63,908 bases of DNA, filler included, from Olpidium bornovanus S191 (GCA_017911155.1; 25 parts of 25 records of this genome joined end to end with filler, not necessarily neighbours in it), one strand, 5' to 3'; numbered from the whole stretch's first letter, positions 32,878 to 47,801 are shown. Notes: generated from the sequence alone by a model not told the origin. Numbers and translations: made by a program.

Positions 32878-33289
32878 AATATATTTTATATATACATATA
32901 CATATACGTATATATCACTTTTTATATCCACAACCCCTTATTTTTTTTGTTGTGCACGAGCGAGCTTCAACCGAATTTCTCGCTGTATAATTTTGGTTCC
33001 TCTCTCTTTTTTTTTTCTTTTCAACAACTTATTGATTTGCTGGGGCCTGATGAACCATCGCGACATCTGGAGTGTTGCTGAATTGTGCATCTGAAGTGTG
33101 CGTGTGCACAAACAGGATCCAGATGTCGCGGTGGTCATCAAAGTCCTAGCCACACTCGGCTCGGGCACAGAGTATGCCTGCTTGTGATTTGGCGAACCAA
33201 GCTTCTCAGGAGGAAGCCCTCCATCAAACGTCCTAACCCGTGAACGGGAGGGGCATACCATAAATTTCTCCTGGCAAGTCGCAGTCCGC

Positions 33290-33344
33290 TGGGTTTGTTG
33301 CATGCAAGGCTCCCGTGATATGGGTTTGTTGCATGCAAGGCTCC
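33290..33344 (+). repeat. 24-bp perfect direct repeat, 2 copies, 31-bp period
   Basis: tgggtttgttgcatgcaaggctcc at 33290 and 33321, separated by cgtgata. Confidence 0.9.
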
Positions 33345-36300
33345 GGGCCGCCCGCTCTCCTGGAAGAAGACATCCCTAACAATTAATGGGAGGTTTGGCT
33401 CCGCGCTCCGCTTCCCTGAGGACCCTGGGCTTGGGACAAACACGGCCATCGAAAAACCGAGGCCTTTGCACGAGCCGAAAATGAAACCCCAATTCAACCC
33501 AGGCGCCTTCTCTTCTTTTTCCGATCCGCCTGTGTCAACGGCAGCTGCTGTGTTAAGTTCCGGTTCCCGCTAGAGGTGGCCGGGAAAACGGCTCTTCAAG
33601 TCAGTCGCCGCCGGGTAATCGGCGACTGCTGCGTTAGGATCTGGTTCGATCTTAACGGTGCCCGCGCCCATGGGCGCTCGAATCAGTTGCCGCCGGGCAA
33701 CGGCCTCCTCCCGCCTTCCTTTTCGTCGAACCTTCCTGCCGGTGCATCCGGCTGCAGGCGTGATTCTTCCACTCGAATGACCTGTCGGCCACATGCAGAA
33801 ACCAACTCCCCGCTACTGTCGCGCCGAAAGCGGACGTCGCACATGTGCTTTGTCTAGGTCCTTCGCCTGGGGACAGCCTGCTTTTTTCGACAACGGCGGT
33901 GGTAGGCCAGACAACTGGGGGGGGGGATGGGGNNNNNNNNNNNNNNNNNNNNNNNNNNNNNNNNNNNNNNNNNNNNTTAATTAATTAANNNNNNNNNNNN
34001 NNNNNNNNNNNNNNNNNNNNNNNNNNNNNNNNGTGTGTAATAGAACTACGCACCCCTGAGTTTCGGAAGAGAAACGTCGGCAGCCGACGAACACTTACCA
34101 AAAGGGAGAGGCTTGGGAAGCAAAGGCGGGGCAGGCCCGCGGCTAACTTCATGCCTTTGAGCGAAAAGAAAGAAACGCAAACTGAGGAAGACGCACCCAA
34201 TAACATTTTGTTCGCTCTCCCTGCCGCGTCAGCCGACAGGGATGTCTGCGGCGTTGTGACGATCTGGCGCGGAGGGCCGACATGACACCCCGCGGTTCCG
34301 GCAAGAGAGAGACGGCAAGGCTGGAGAGGAAGCGTGGGTGGTGTCGGCTGCCGCGAGTGGCGTGGCTACCGGACGAAAGGGGTGTGATATCAGTAATGAT
34401 CGCCATCGCGTTTGGAAGCGGGCACCTGACAACGATCGAAGCTTAACACATCGATCGCGGCACCGCAACGGGCCACCGCGAAATGGAAAACCGTCCAAGT
34501 CAAAAGAATCGACGATGGCCATGGGACACGGCTACGGGAAGCTCGTGCAAGACTTCACAGCGTTGGGTCAAGAGCTGCCGACGGCGCGGCCCACAAGCTT
34601 GTTCGCGCTCGCCACAGTGGCACTATGGCTTGCTGCAAAAGTAGCGGGATGCCGCCGACGGATCAAGGCGGAAGGGATGGACCAACGTCAATGGGCGCGC
34701 AGTCGACCAAGCCCGGAACAACAAGCTTGGCCAGCAAGCCCGTTCAGGCGGATCTCGCGAAGCATGCAGGCGGAGTCGGAATTGGAAAATGAACGACGCC
34801 GAAGACGGGAATCAGGCGCCGCAGAAGCGTCGGAGGCGGCGGCAGATCGGGTCGCGCCAGACGGGCCGGTGACCCCGAAGGACACGCAGGCAGGAAAGAA
34901 GGAAATGGCATGCAAAAAGAGACCGGGCGACCGAAACCGGAGCTGCTGCGCGCTCTCGGTGAAATCGAAGCAGAAGGGTCCGCGAAGCGGAGCGCGGCAA
35001 AATGGATCAGGCTTGGTGGCCAGGCCAAGGGCGGTGTCGCCAGGGAGTGACTTGACTATGGAGATTTTTGACTTCCTCGGCAAAACGCAAATAGGAAGCA
35101 GAACCGACCGTGCTGGGTGAGAGTGGTTTGATGGAAGCAGAGGGTGGGATCAACGAAACGGTTGAGGGAAGGATAAAGAAGGAGCTGAAGAAGCGGTGGC
35201 AGAAGAAGAGGCAATCGAAGAGAGCAACGAAGAGGCCGCGCCCGCGCTACTAGCGAACGTCGTGCGACCGCAATGGCGGCTATAGGCCGAGAAGTTTCGC
35301 ACGCGTGAAACTAAGCGGTTCCGAGCAGAAGCGGAACAAACAGCGGAGGCCAAGGCCCCGTTTACCGGCATTGAATGAGCCGTCGCAGGGTTTAAAGGCA
35401 CGGCCACGTATCGTGCGACATCAACGCACGATGGTAAAAGGGGGCCAACCATGANNNNNNNNNNNNNNNNNNNNNNNNNNNNNNNNNNNNNNNNNNNNTT
35501 AATTAATTAANNNNNNNNNNNNNNNNNNNNNNNNNNNNNNNNNNNNNNNNNNNNCATGACGTGCTGGCGCTTGAATTCCAAGTCGCGTGAAAGAAGCGGC
35601 CGGCCAGCGCGGGGCGGCAAGCGCCGTTTAGGAAGATGCGTGACGACAACGAAGACGCCGGCGCTATTGCCTCTGAAGCGTTGGCGCATCACGAAAACCG
35701 ACCAGGCAGACGGCGAACTTACGTCGGGCGTCATTTTGACTTCGCCTTCGTGAGGCCAGCCGGCCCAATTTGCAACGAATTACGTCAGATTCAAAGCACG
35801 TTCGCCTGCGTCCATGATTTCTTGTTCTTTTCTTCGCCCACTTTTCTTGTCCCATGGAGCCCTGTGCGGCTCGCTGCTTTGCGGCGCACCGCCGGACTCT
35901 CAAGGTCCTGGAGGACACCGCCCTTCCCGCGTCAACGTAGGAGGCCAACTTTCACAACACAACGGCCGGCGACCGCAGTTTCAACCCACGGAAAAGAGTC
36001 TCGCGGCGCTGGGCGCCCCAACAATGTTGCAGTGCCAGGAGAGGATTTCTGTGGGAAAGCTACTCCGCATATTGCCAGCGCCGGGATCGCGTTGTTGAAT
36101 GCGCATCAGCTACGCGGACTCTAGAAGCGGGCGAGACCCAGCAGGCGCCGATTATAACGACGGAACATTTCCCATCTGCATTTACAGGGGCTTGGGACCC
36201 TTCCCGGCCAAAAAAACCCGGCGCGGGATCTGCATTGAAACCGTGGGGGAGGTCCTGCTTGTGCGCTTCACTTCCGCACCGGTGAACGGATCGGGGGGCC

Positions 36301-37524
36301 ATCCCGATCCGTTATTTTCCCACAGAAGTCGGCGGAATATGCTTTGAATCCACCGGCATTTTGCAAAACTCTAACTCGACCGCGGAGGACGGTCCCGCGG
36401 CCTCGAGAAGATCCCGGGGCAAAAACCCCGGAAACACTCGGTGCAAAATGCTGGCTGGATTTGAGTTTAGCCAAGCGGGTGCTGGACTTCTGCTGTCGAG
36501 CAGTAGTTGCGAAACGGCATCGGCAGGACCACTTAGACAAGTCACGGAGGTTCCGCCTCCAGCTCTGCTGGCGGGGATCCATGATAAATGAAAGACAAAC
36601 AATGGAGCGCCACTTACCTTAACCGACTTACCTTAATCCAGACGGCGATGGTGCCAAACACCTCCCGACTCCACAACGAAACAACGACGTCAAACTTAGG
36701 GTTAACCCAAACGACGTTTACTCCACAAACGAAACGACGTCAAACCATTACCGCTCATTTACCTTGATCCTGACGCCTCCCGACAATTAACCGAAGAGGT
36801 GTTGGTAGATTTCCTTGGGTGGAAGGTCTTCCAGGAGAACGCTCGGCTCGGGGTCCAGCGAAGCAAGCACGTGAGACCGCTCGTCGTCCGCGACGGTCTG
36901 GACGCACGAAGGCTCCAGCGCGAGCTGGGCCCAGTCCTCCTCACTGTCGGGAACCGGCAGGGGGCTAAGCCCCGGAGGACGGGACACGCGCCCTCAGCCG
37001 AACCCTCCGGCTAAGCCTCCCGGGCGGCCAGGAACGCGGCTTGTAACAAATCTTTTGGAATCTTGACGAAATCTTGTACGGAAAGAGATCTTAAAGCCCA
37101 TATGGGGGGGAAGGGTGTCAAACGGATCCATAGAACACGTGACCTCTGTGTCGTAAAGAGCTCCGCGCACCGTCCTCCTTTTCCCTTTTTCTCCGCATTT
37201 TTTTTACAATAAAAACGAAGAATTCAACCATAAGCGTCGGGGCTGCGGCCTCTCCATCGTTGCATCCTCTCTCCTCTTCAAAAAGATGCCGCCCACGTTG
37301 CGCGGTGGTTGAGTAACGTCCCTCATTCAATCGGCATTTTATCCCATAAAAGAGGTCACCAGCGGCGCTCGCGGTCTTCAGTTGTTTTTGCAGGTTCGCA
37401 AGCTCGAAACTGTATAGCAGTTGCCCCGCCCTTCACAGCGACCGCTGGGAAGCGGCAGGAAGGGGTTAGCGGCAGAAAGGGGTTAAAAGAGCAGTTCAGA
37501 AAAAGAAAAGAAAGTAATATACAG

Positions 37525-37595
37525 TGCACATGCCGAGAATCGAACTCGGGGCTCCCGCGTGGCAGGCGAGAATTATACCACTAAACCACATGTGC
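37525..37595 (-). tRNA. tRNA-Gly(GCC), intronless, 71 nt
   Basis: Reverse complement GCACATGTGGTTTAGTGGTATAATTCTCGCCTGCCACGCGGGAGCCCCGAGTTCGATTCTCGGCATGTGCA: 7-bp acceptor stem, D-loop GG, anticodon GCC, GTTCGA T-loop; T-runs downstream suit a Pol III terminator. Confidence 0.97.
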
Positions 37596-38196
37596 TAATA
37601 TGCGCATGCACAATTTACCCTACAATAATTAGCAATTCCTGAAAATCAATTGAGTCATGCAAATCATCGCGAATACCGCAAATCCGTATTTCAACGGCCG
37701 CTAGAGTATCATGCTTTATTATTTTTATTTTTCTAAGAGCCCGCCGCAGCAGTTTTGTATTTCTAAAATACATTGATTTTTGAAGGTTACCTTTTTTTTT
37801 CTCTTATGATCAAAGTGAATGACGGTCGTACACGAAATACAGGAAAAGCCTCACGCCTTTGAAATCCCGCACCTAATGGCACCCCAGCATGCAAAGCTGC
37901 TTATCACAAAGAAAAAACCCCCCTCAATCCGCTGAAGACACCGCTTTTCCGCGGAACCAGTGGAATCTTACACCTGAGCGCCCCCCCGACCCCCTCCCTC
38001 CCCGCTTCCACTCCCGCCACGCCTTGCCTTTTCTTGCGATTCTGAACACCGCACGCGGAAAAGGGAAAGACCTTGAGACGCTTACAAAAAATCATGNNNN
38101 NNNNNNNNNNNNNNNNNNNNNNNNNNNNNNNNNNNNNNNNTTAATTAATTAANNNNNNNNNNNNNNNNNNNNNNNNNNNNNNNNNNNNNNNNNNNN

Positions 38197-40455
<2,259 letters not shown>

Positions 40456-40852
40456 CGTCCGAAGGTGGAAGGGTCGGCGTGAGCAGCTCCGCCGAGTCCT
40501 GGCGGCGGGCGAATCCGCCCACCGGGGACGGCGAGTGGCATCTGTCGGCTCACGTTTCTGACAGCGACAACCGCCCGGCCATAGTTTTCTCGGCGGCGGC
40601 CCGCCGTGCTCGCAGACCCTCCCGCTACCGGCGGGGCAAAACCGCGCAGGCTTCTGGGCCGACGGATTCGCAGTGGGGCAGGGGGCAGCCGGCTCGAGGG
40701 CCTCTCAAAGCTGGTTCGCCGCAACTGGGCACACAGCTCTGCACCCGCAGCGCGAGAGAGGGTCGTCCGCCCGCCTGACAATGCGGGGGGTCGTCGCCAA
40801 GGAGATTGAAAGCCAAAAGAAACCCCGATCGGGAGGGAAAGCGGGGAAGGGG

Positions 40853-40883
<31 letters not shown>

Positions 40884-41050
40884 GGTTGCGGGCGGGACGA
40901 ACTTGAGGGAACTTCAGGGAACGGACGGTTTTTCGTCACAGCGCAAAAGAGAACGAAAAAAAAAACGGATTTCTCTCTCTGCGCACGGGCGGGGTAAAAA
41001 GAATCAGACCAGGTCACGTGACCGTCACCTTTCCATTGCCCGGCGCTCCG

Positions 41051-41092
<42 letters not shown>

Positions 41093-41248
41093 CCCCCAAA
41101 AAAAAAAAAAAAAAAAAAAAANNNNNNNNNNNNNNNNNNNNNNNNNNNNNNNNNNNNNNNNNNNNTTAATTAATTAANNNNNNNNNNNNNNNNNNNNNNN
41201 NNNNNNNNNNNNNNNNNNNNNCCCCCCCCCCCCCCCCCGCCCCCCCCG

Positions 41249-41303
<55 letters not shown>

Positions 41304-42963
41304 CCGCCGCCGTTCCAGGGCGACTGGCCGGGTTGCCCGTCGAAAATGCCTCCTCGCCGCTGAGGAGGAAGCGGTCGCGGGAAAGCGAGGGAATTCCCGG
41401 CGGCGATGGTGCTCTCCTTCGAACCGGACGTCGAGTGAACTCCGCGTCGTCGGCGGCCCCCCTGCGCGCCCGCGGCATTCCCCGCGCCGCCGGCGTTCGC
41501 CGCGCCCTCTACCGCCGCCGCCGCTGCCTTCGCATTTCGTCACGGCGTGGCCGCCGCCGCCGAAGAAAATCCGACGGAGTCGGACTCGTAAGTCATTTCA
41601 ATCTGTCCTTATTTTGGTACATCCGCGCCGAATTGGTTCTGCGTGAATACGGCGTTTCAACCCATTCCCGAACCGCAAATTTATATCCGTGGGTGTGAAA
41701 CCCAGAATCTATTTATTATGTTTACTGTTATTTATTCATTATTGTTTATTGTTTATTTTTTTTTTTATTCTTCGCTCGGAACTACGAAACGTCTGATCCT
41801 GGGTAACTGGATACGTAAGCAGCCGACGTTCTGCCCGAAGAACAGGTCCGGGGTCCCCACGCCTTTTCCCCTTCCCCCTCCCGGGGCATCCGCTCACTCG
41901 AGCCGGACCCCGTCTGTTCTGTTCGTGTGCCTCGTCTTTTCTTCTTTTCTGGAGACCAGAAATCACTTTGTACGAAGGATCTGGTCGCCGGCGCACCAAA
42001 CAAATAAAACGGTTAACGTCGGTTTTTGTACGGCTATCACGTTAAATTGAAAAACGGAATTTCTGCCGCGGTTTTTACGTTGTCCGCGAAAGGGGGGAGG
42101 AGGGGGGGGGACGGTGATCCTCATGTACCTAGCGGAGGCGCCCGGTGCGCATGATTTTCCTGTTTCTGCAAGACGTAGTAGAGCGGCCCCTTCTTTTTTG
42201 TTGTTGTAAAATCACCCCGCTGCGGCGCAGAGCGCATAAAATCCCACGTCATTTACGTGGCGATTTTCCCNNNNNNNNNNNNNNNNNNNNNNNNNNNNNN
42301 NNNNNNNNNNNNNNTTAATTAATTAANNNNNNNNNNNNNNNNNNNNNNNNNNNNNNNNNNNNNNNNNNNNCATGACCATCAGACGCCCTTACAGACAGCG
42401 GCGCTTGGTGGACGCCGGGGAAGGGAAAGGCGACTTCGCGCGTTTTCCGGCGTCACCGTCGCCGGTAACCTACTTAGAATCCAAACCACCCTGCGTATAA
42501 GCCGGTCGGATCGCAGTTTTCAGAGGATTCCCGTCGATGTCGACGCAACGGTCGGCTGTTCGAAACTGCAAAATAAATGCCCCCTGCCTCCTTTCGACAC
42601 CAATATTCCCCACCCCCACAAAAAGAAAAAAGTGCGAAATTTACAGCCGAAGAACCTAGGAAGGCCTCGGTGTCTGTCCAAGTCACGTCCGCGGAACTCA
42701 ATCAGGCGGCGTTTCAAGCCGCCTGTGGCATTGTGTTCCAGAGCCAACCAATGGCTTTGCGGCCGACCTGCGCCGGTTCGTGCATATTACACTGGATGGC
42801 TTGCTACCATTCGCCGCACTCGAATTTCGCGATAGGAGTTTTGCGCAATTGCATAAGAGCAAATGCTCGAGGCCGATGCTCAGCGTGTCCCAACCCAAGG
42901 CGGTCGCAGCTTTGTCATCCGGGGCGTTGCTGCCTGCGCAGCCCGTCTCTGGGCCGTGGCGTG

Positions 42964-43166
42964 TACGTTGCTAAGGAGGGAAGTCATAAGATATAGATCG
43001 GACGGCCTCGACCAAGAGTGGGATGTCGCTTCCAGGGAGGCCTACTTCCGTGTGGGGCTAGGCTGGGCCGCTACGTTGCTTGGAAGAGAAGTCATTAGAT
43101 AGATATGACGACCACACCCAGGAGTGAGTACGTCGCTTCCAGGGAGGCATGCGTGGGGCTGGACGC
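42964..43166 (+). repeat. Diverged tandem duplication, 108-bp period, 2 copies
   Basis: tacgttgct..gaagtcat.agata...gtcgcttccagggaggc...gtggggct begins at 42964 and again at 43072. Confidence 0.8.
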
Positions 43167-43714
43167 TGCTGCCTCTTGTGGTGCCTCAAACGACCGGGAC
43201 AGTTGTCCGAGTCGCTAGCAATGGCCACGCGGACAGTTCTGAGCTCCAAGTGCCGCTCTGCCAGTAGGGTTCGACTTCCGCGTCCCGTGGTCAAACACGC
43301 GCCTGCAAGCTTCCGGCAAAGAGCGTGATCGGCTGGCCGCCCCGGCCAGCGGCGATTTTTGATGGACTTCCGGTTCTCGCCTGCATCAAGCGAAACATGG
43401 GGCAGCATGGACATTCGGATATTGTTTTTATGTTCGGTTCCTCCTCATCGCACCACGGGCGTTTTGGCGGTGGGCGAGAACTGCGTCACTTGGCTGCGCT
43501 TCCCTTTTAAATCCGGGGTCGGGGTGATCTTCCTGGCAACGGGTAACGTCGGGTCGCTTCATCATCGCCCAACCGGGCAACAGCCCCGCAAAACCGAGGG
43601 CCTTGCACAAACCCAAACGGACTCCCGCTCCGACGTAAAAACTGGAGACTGAGCAGTCTTCCGTCGAACGACCTTCCCGAGGCCGTCCTTTCTTCCTCCC
43701 GTCCAAGAATCACC

Positions 43715-43834
43715 ATGTCTGCCGCGCAACCCTCCAAAGCCGGCAAAGCGGTGGACCCAGTCAGCATCAATGCAATCCAGGCTGAGACCATTCGAAAGGA
43801 AATACGGTACTACCGGCTGTACGACACCTACATG
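43715..43834 (+). CDS. CFAP144/FAM183-like ciliary protein, 5' end only
   Basis: MSAAQPSKAGKAVDPVSINAIQAETIRKEIRYYRLYDTY resembles the FAM183 N-terminus (DxVxxNxIxxExxxKExRxxxLYxxY); only 40 codons before the contig end. Confidence 0.65.
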
Positions 43835-46703
43835 NNNNNNNNNNNNNNNNNNNNNNNNNNNNNNNNNNNNNNNNNNNNTTAATTAATTAANNNNNNNNNN
43901 NNNNNNNNNNNNNNNNNNNNNNNNNNNNNNNNNNCATGAACCCGAACCCCGAATTCTCCGTGGGCGTGGTTATTTCCACAGGGCCAGTCCTTTTTCTCAA
44001 CGGTCAATCCGCTTCTTGCCGAAGTTCCCCGTTACGACAAAGCCGAGGAGGGGTGACCCGCATTCCAGCTTATTCTCCTCCACAAGCTCGACGTGCACGG
44101 TTTCCGCTTCACCTCGAGGCATCGTCCCGGGATCGAATGTAGGCTCCGGCACGCAGTCGTCAAACAAGAGGGGTCAGCAGCGAAACGTCCGGGATCACAC
44201 GTGAGGAATGGTTCCCCCCCCGGACGATGACCACCCAAACCGCTGGAAAATGCGGCCTGATCTTCGCAAGGCGCCTCCAAGGCACTCCAAGGACACTTTT
44301 TGCCATCCGCCTCATGCGCAGCTCCCGTTCGTGAGTGACTGCTAAAAATCAGCTACACAACGTATAACTCGGCTCAGTCATTCAACGCGCTGCTAATGCA
44401 ATACCCGGATGTCCAATCTACGACCATCATCTCTTTGATCGATTTCAAGGAGGCCCTTTCAGATGTCTTTTCTACAAAAAATTTTCTCTCACCTTGTGCA
44501 GGAACTCGAGACAATGGCGGAGACGCAATGCCGACACCGCATACAGCAACAACGCCGCCAGCAGCATGAGAACCCCGGGCATCGCAATCCCGGGTACGGA
44601 ATCCTGGATTCTGCGAGGGGGTGGCTGAGCGCCTATTATAAATATAAATAATAATAATTTAAATATAATATGCAATAATGTGAATATTAAATAATATCTG
44701 ATAATATAATTATATTTACAAATACTAACATATTCAATTAATAGTAAAATTGTGTGGCACTATACCATTACAGAATCTCTGCCACCCCAGGGGCCCCTGA
44801 GCAGGGCGGCAAGGGGAGTCAAAGGAAAAAAGGGTAAAAGTGGGCGCGGCTTAAGTGCACCCCGGAAGAGAAGGAAAAACGCCGGCGAGCAGTTCATATA
44901 GACAGGAAAGGAGAGAGAGCTTACTGGTGTGGATAGAGCAAAGAAGTCCAAGGTTCCTCGCACCTCATCCCCTCGCACCCCATCCCCGGCAACCGATCCC
45001 TTTTCCCGGCGATCCCTAGCCAGGAAACTCTTCGCTCTCCTACTTCGGATACCGATTTTCGCCGCAGATCTTTTACCTAGCACCCGTGAGTAAAGGTCGC
45101 AGAAGTGTTTTACGCGGACGGAGCATCGCAGACGGAAGGGGGAAACGTTTGGATTGCCTGGTGGGTCTAAAAAAGTAAACTGGATCTTGGGGTCGCCCGT
45201 TAATCGGGAGTTCCCCGGCGCGTCCAGGACTGTGGTCGTCTCCTTGTGCGCATACCTGCCGTGCTGTCTGGGGTGGCAACACGGAATCCTCGATTCCTTC
45301 ACAAGATACTTTACGTTCCAAGAGGAATAACCCTGGGAGGAGAGGGGGGAAAACCTGGCCCTTTTTCTTTTCTGCGCGGGACGGCAAATCAAATAAAGGG
45401 GAACAAACGCTGGGGAGGAATACGTTTTTTCGGCGCAGCTTTACCTGCGACGGGTTGTTTTGGGGGGGGGGGGTTTTATTCGCCTTAGCGATTTGTTCTG
45501 AGGGCGTTTTTTTTTTCACCTGCGATGTATGTTCCGCGCGCGTGTCCTTTCCATTTTTTTTTTCTTCTTATTCTTGATCACGCCTGGGCCGGCAGAGCAT
45601 TTTTCCGCAGCGTCCCTCGTTCCACCTGACCCCTCCCCGCTCCCCGCCAGCCCCGCAAGTCGCGTCGGCCCCTTTTTCGGCTCCCCCCCCCCACCCCCGC
45701 TCGGGTCCAACGAGAACAAACGCAACGGGACCCAAAGCGGGTTTTTTGCTCGCAATGTCGGCGGCATGTGGCGATACGGCGCGTTTTCGGAACCCCTTTC
45801 CCCCGCGTTCTTCCAAATTTCGCGCCGGCCCCGGTCGTCGACCCGCCCCGGGGGCAAACACGCACTGCGATGACGTCAAGCCCCTACCTAGTTGAAGGCA
45901 AATCCTGTAGTGGTTTAAATCCACCTAAACTTTGGAAGTAGACACACACTAATTTGTTGCTTCGACAAATCATTTTAAGCCAAAATCCACAAATTCCCCA
46001 GAAACCTAGCGGTCCCCTGTGTGAAAGGCAGCCTGAAATGTGTCACAAAACCAGGGAAAAACGAGTGGATTCGAATATGAAAGTTTTATTGTTCTGCTAA
46101 TCCAGGCAAATTTTTGGCGCGTGGGAGGTACTTTTCTCGAAAAAAACTCTCGAAACGGGCTAAAAACGACTGGAAGACATGTAGCCAACGTGCTCCCGCA
46201 GATCCAAAAAAAATAAAGGGGGGGGGGGGAGTCCAAAACACACAGGAACCAGTTAATCGAGGGGCTGGCCAAAAATGGGGCACACAATAAAGAAAAATGG
46301 CCCCACACCCCCTCCCGTGATAGACTTGTCGTTCCCGAAAACTGAAAGGTGCGGCAAACAGCATAGTCGGTTCAGGGCAGCCATCAGCGAGCCAGTCGCC
46401 GTTACGAAAATGTCCCGCTGCCGTTATCGGCGTCTTCGGGGACCGCGCCGAGATCCGCAACGCCGACGGATTCCGCAAGAAGCTGGTTCATCTGCGGAGC
46501 GAAAGCCACTATCGTCAGACCGCGCGCGATGGAAAAAGCAAAAAAGAGGGGGAGAGAAGGGGGAATGGGGAGATATCCCGATAACCACACCGCAACACCG
46601 ATCCGTCGTTCCGAACGAAGCCAAGTACACCGCCGCCGCTGTGGGGAAAAAGGAGGCGGGCCAGAACCGGGTCGCGTTCCAGAAAGATAGGGGCAACTCC
46701 CAC

Positions 46704-47583
46704 CTTGAGGATGCATGCCACTACGGACTTCCCAGGAAGCTCCGTCTTGGCGGCCGACCAACAAAACAGGCCGTTAGGCAATATGTGAGATAGCAGCGTC
46801 TTCTCCTCGGCTTCCGTCCATTGTGTCGCAGGTGCTACCTGCTCTTTGAATTTGCTGAGCACGAGTCGACCCTTCCCGACGCCATTCTGTCGTAAAAGGT
46901 TCGCCTGGGCGTGAGGGGGGGGGGGGGAGACGGAGGCGGGCAAGCGTCAGGAGCAGCAGATAATTCTCTGGATACTATTCTGAACGCGCCCAGGGAACGG
47001 GGTCGAGGCAGGCAGCCCTTTCGTACGCGAGAAAAGCAGGCCGCGTGGCTTCGTTCCAAAGCAGTTCCAATCTCCCGCCAAGTAAGATCCGCGACCTCGC
47101 GTTCAAGCATTAGCAGCAGAACACTTTCTTCCCGTGTCCAGGTACGCTTCCTGATGGCGGTATAGAATCCAAGGGATACCGCTATCATCCGGCAGCTTGA
47201 AATGCTCGCGCCAACCTGCCGCCCGATGAACGTCCAGGTTATCTTTTTCGAATGCCGCATCTTTTCTAAGCACAAAACCTTTAGAACCTGCGGAGTGAAC
47301 ATCGGATGAGGGCGGTCAGTCATCAGGAGCCCCACTGCTCTCCGGCTCTAGCGGCGCCCATGCGCCGCCGCTACCTGTCTGCGGCGCTCCTCCGCGAGGT
47401 CGGCCCTAGGATTTCCCCAGTCGCAAACCGAATCAGAGCATTATGAAATTGGCCTGGGGGCATTACCGACAATGCATCTTCCGAAAGGTTCGGACTCCAG
47501 TCATCGCAGAACCCGAGAGACTTTGCTTTGGAAGCACACCACTGATAGCTCATCCCGACCTGCCGTGCGATTGATTTCCATGA
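46704..47583 (-). CDS. Multi-Myb/SANT-repeat protein, internal exons
   Basis: Repeats WKSIARQVGMSYQWC; FTPQVLKVL...TWTFIGRQVGASISSC; WTREESVLLL...TWREIGTALERSHAAC; WTEAEEKTLL...WSAAKTELPGKSVVAC. Confidence 0.72.
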
Positions 47584-47801
47584 NNNNNNNNNNNNNNNNN
47601 NNNNNNNNNNNNNNNNNNNNNNNNNNNTTAATTAATTAANNNNNNNNNNNNNNNNNNNNNNNNNNNNNNNNNNNNNNNNNNNNGGTACGAGAGGCAGTTG
47701 AGCTAGCTATGACCCACCCGCCTGCCCACATTGGAAGATGTGCATTGTCCTCTCGGAAGAGGGATGATTTGACTGTCTCGTTGTTGAAAGGCACGAGCAT
47801 C

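Noticed and set aside
33290-33344. CRISPR-like direct repeat
   Set aside because: Only two copies with a 7-bp spacer, eukaryotic context, no cas genes.
34033-36600. ORFs of 100-260 aa as transposon or host genes
   Set aside because: No RT, integrase, transposase or other motif recognisable; overlapping ORFs on both strands are expected at this GC level.
36696-36701. TTAGGG as a telomeric repeat
   Set aside because: Single unit, not an array.
43800-43990. Joining adjacent contigs through shared CATG ends (would read YDTY-MNP in CFAP144)
   Set aside because: The same join fails for the Msc2-like gene (contigs ending 38096 and starting 38197), and contig order is arbitrary, so the apparent continuity is probably chance.
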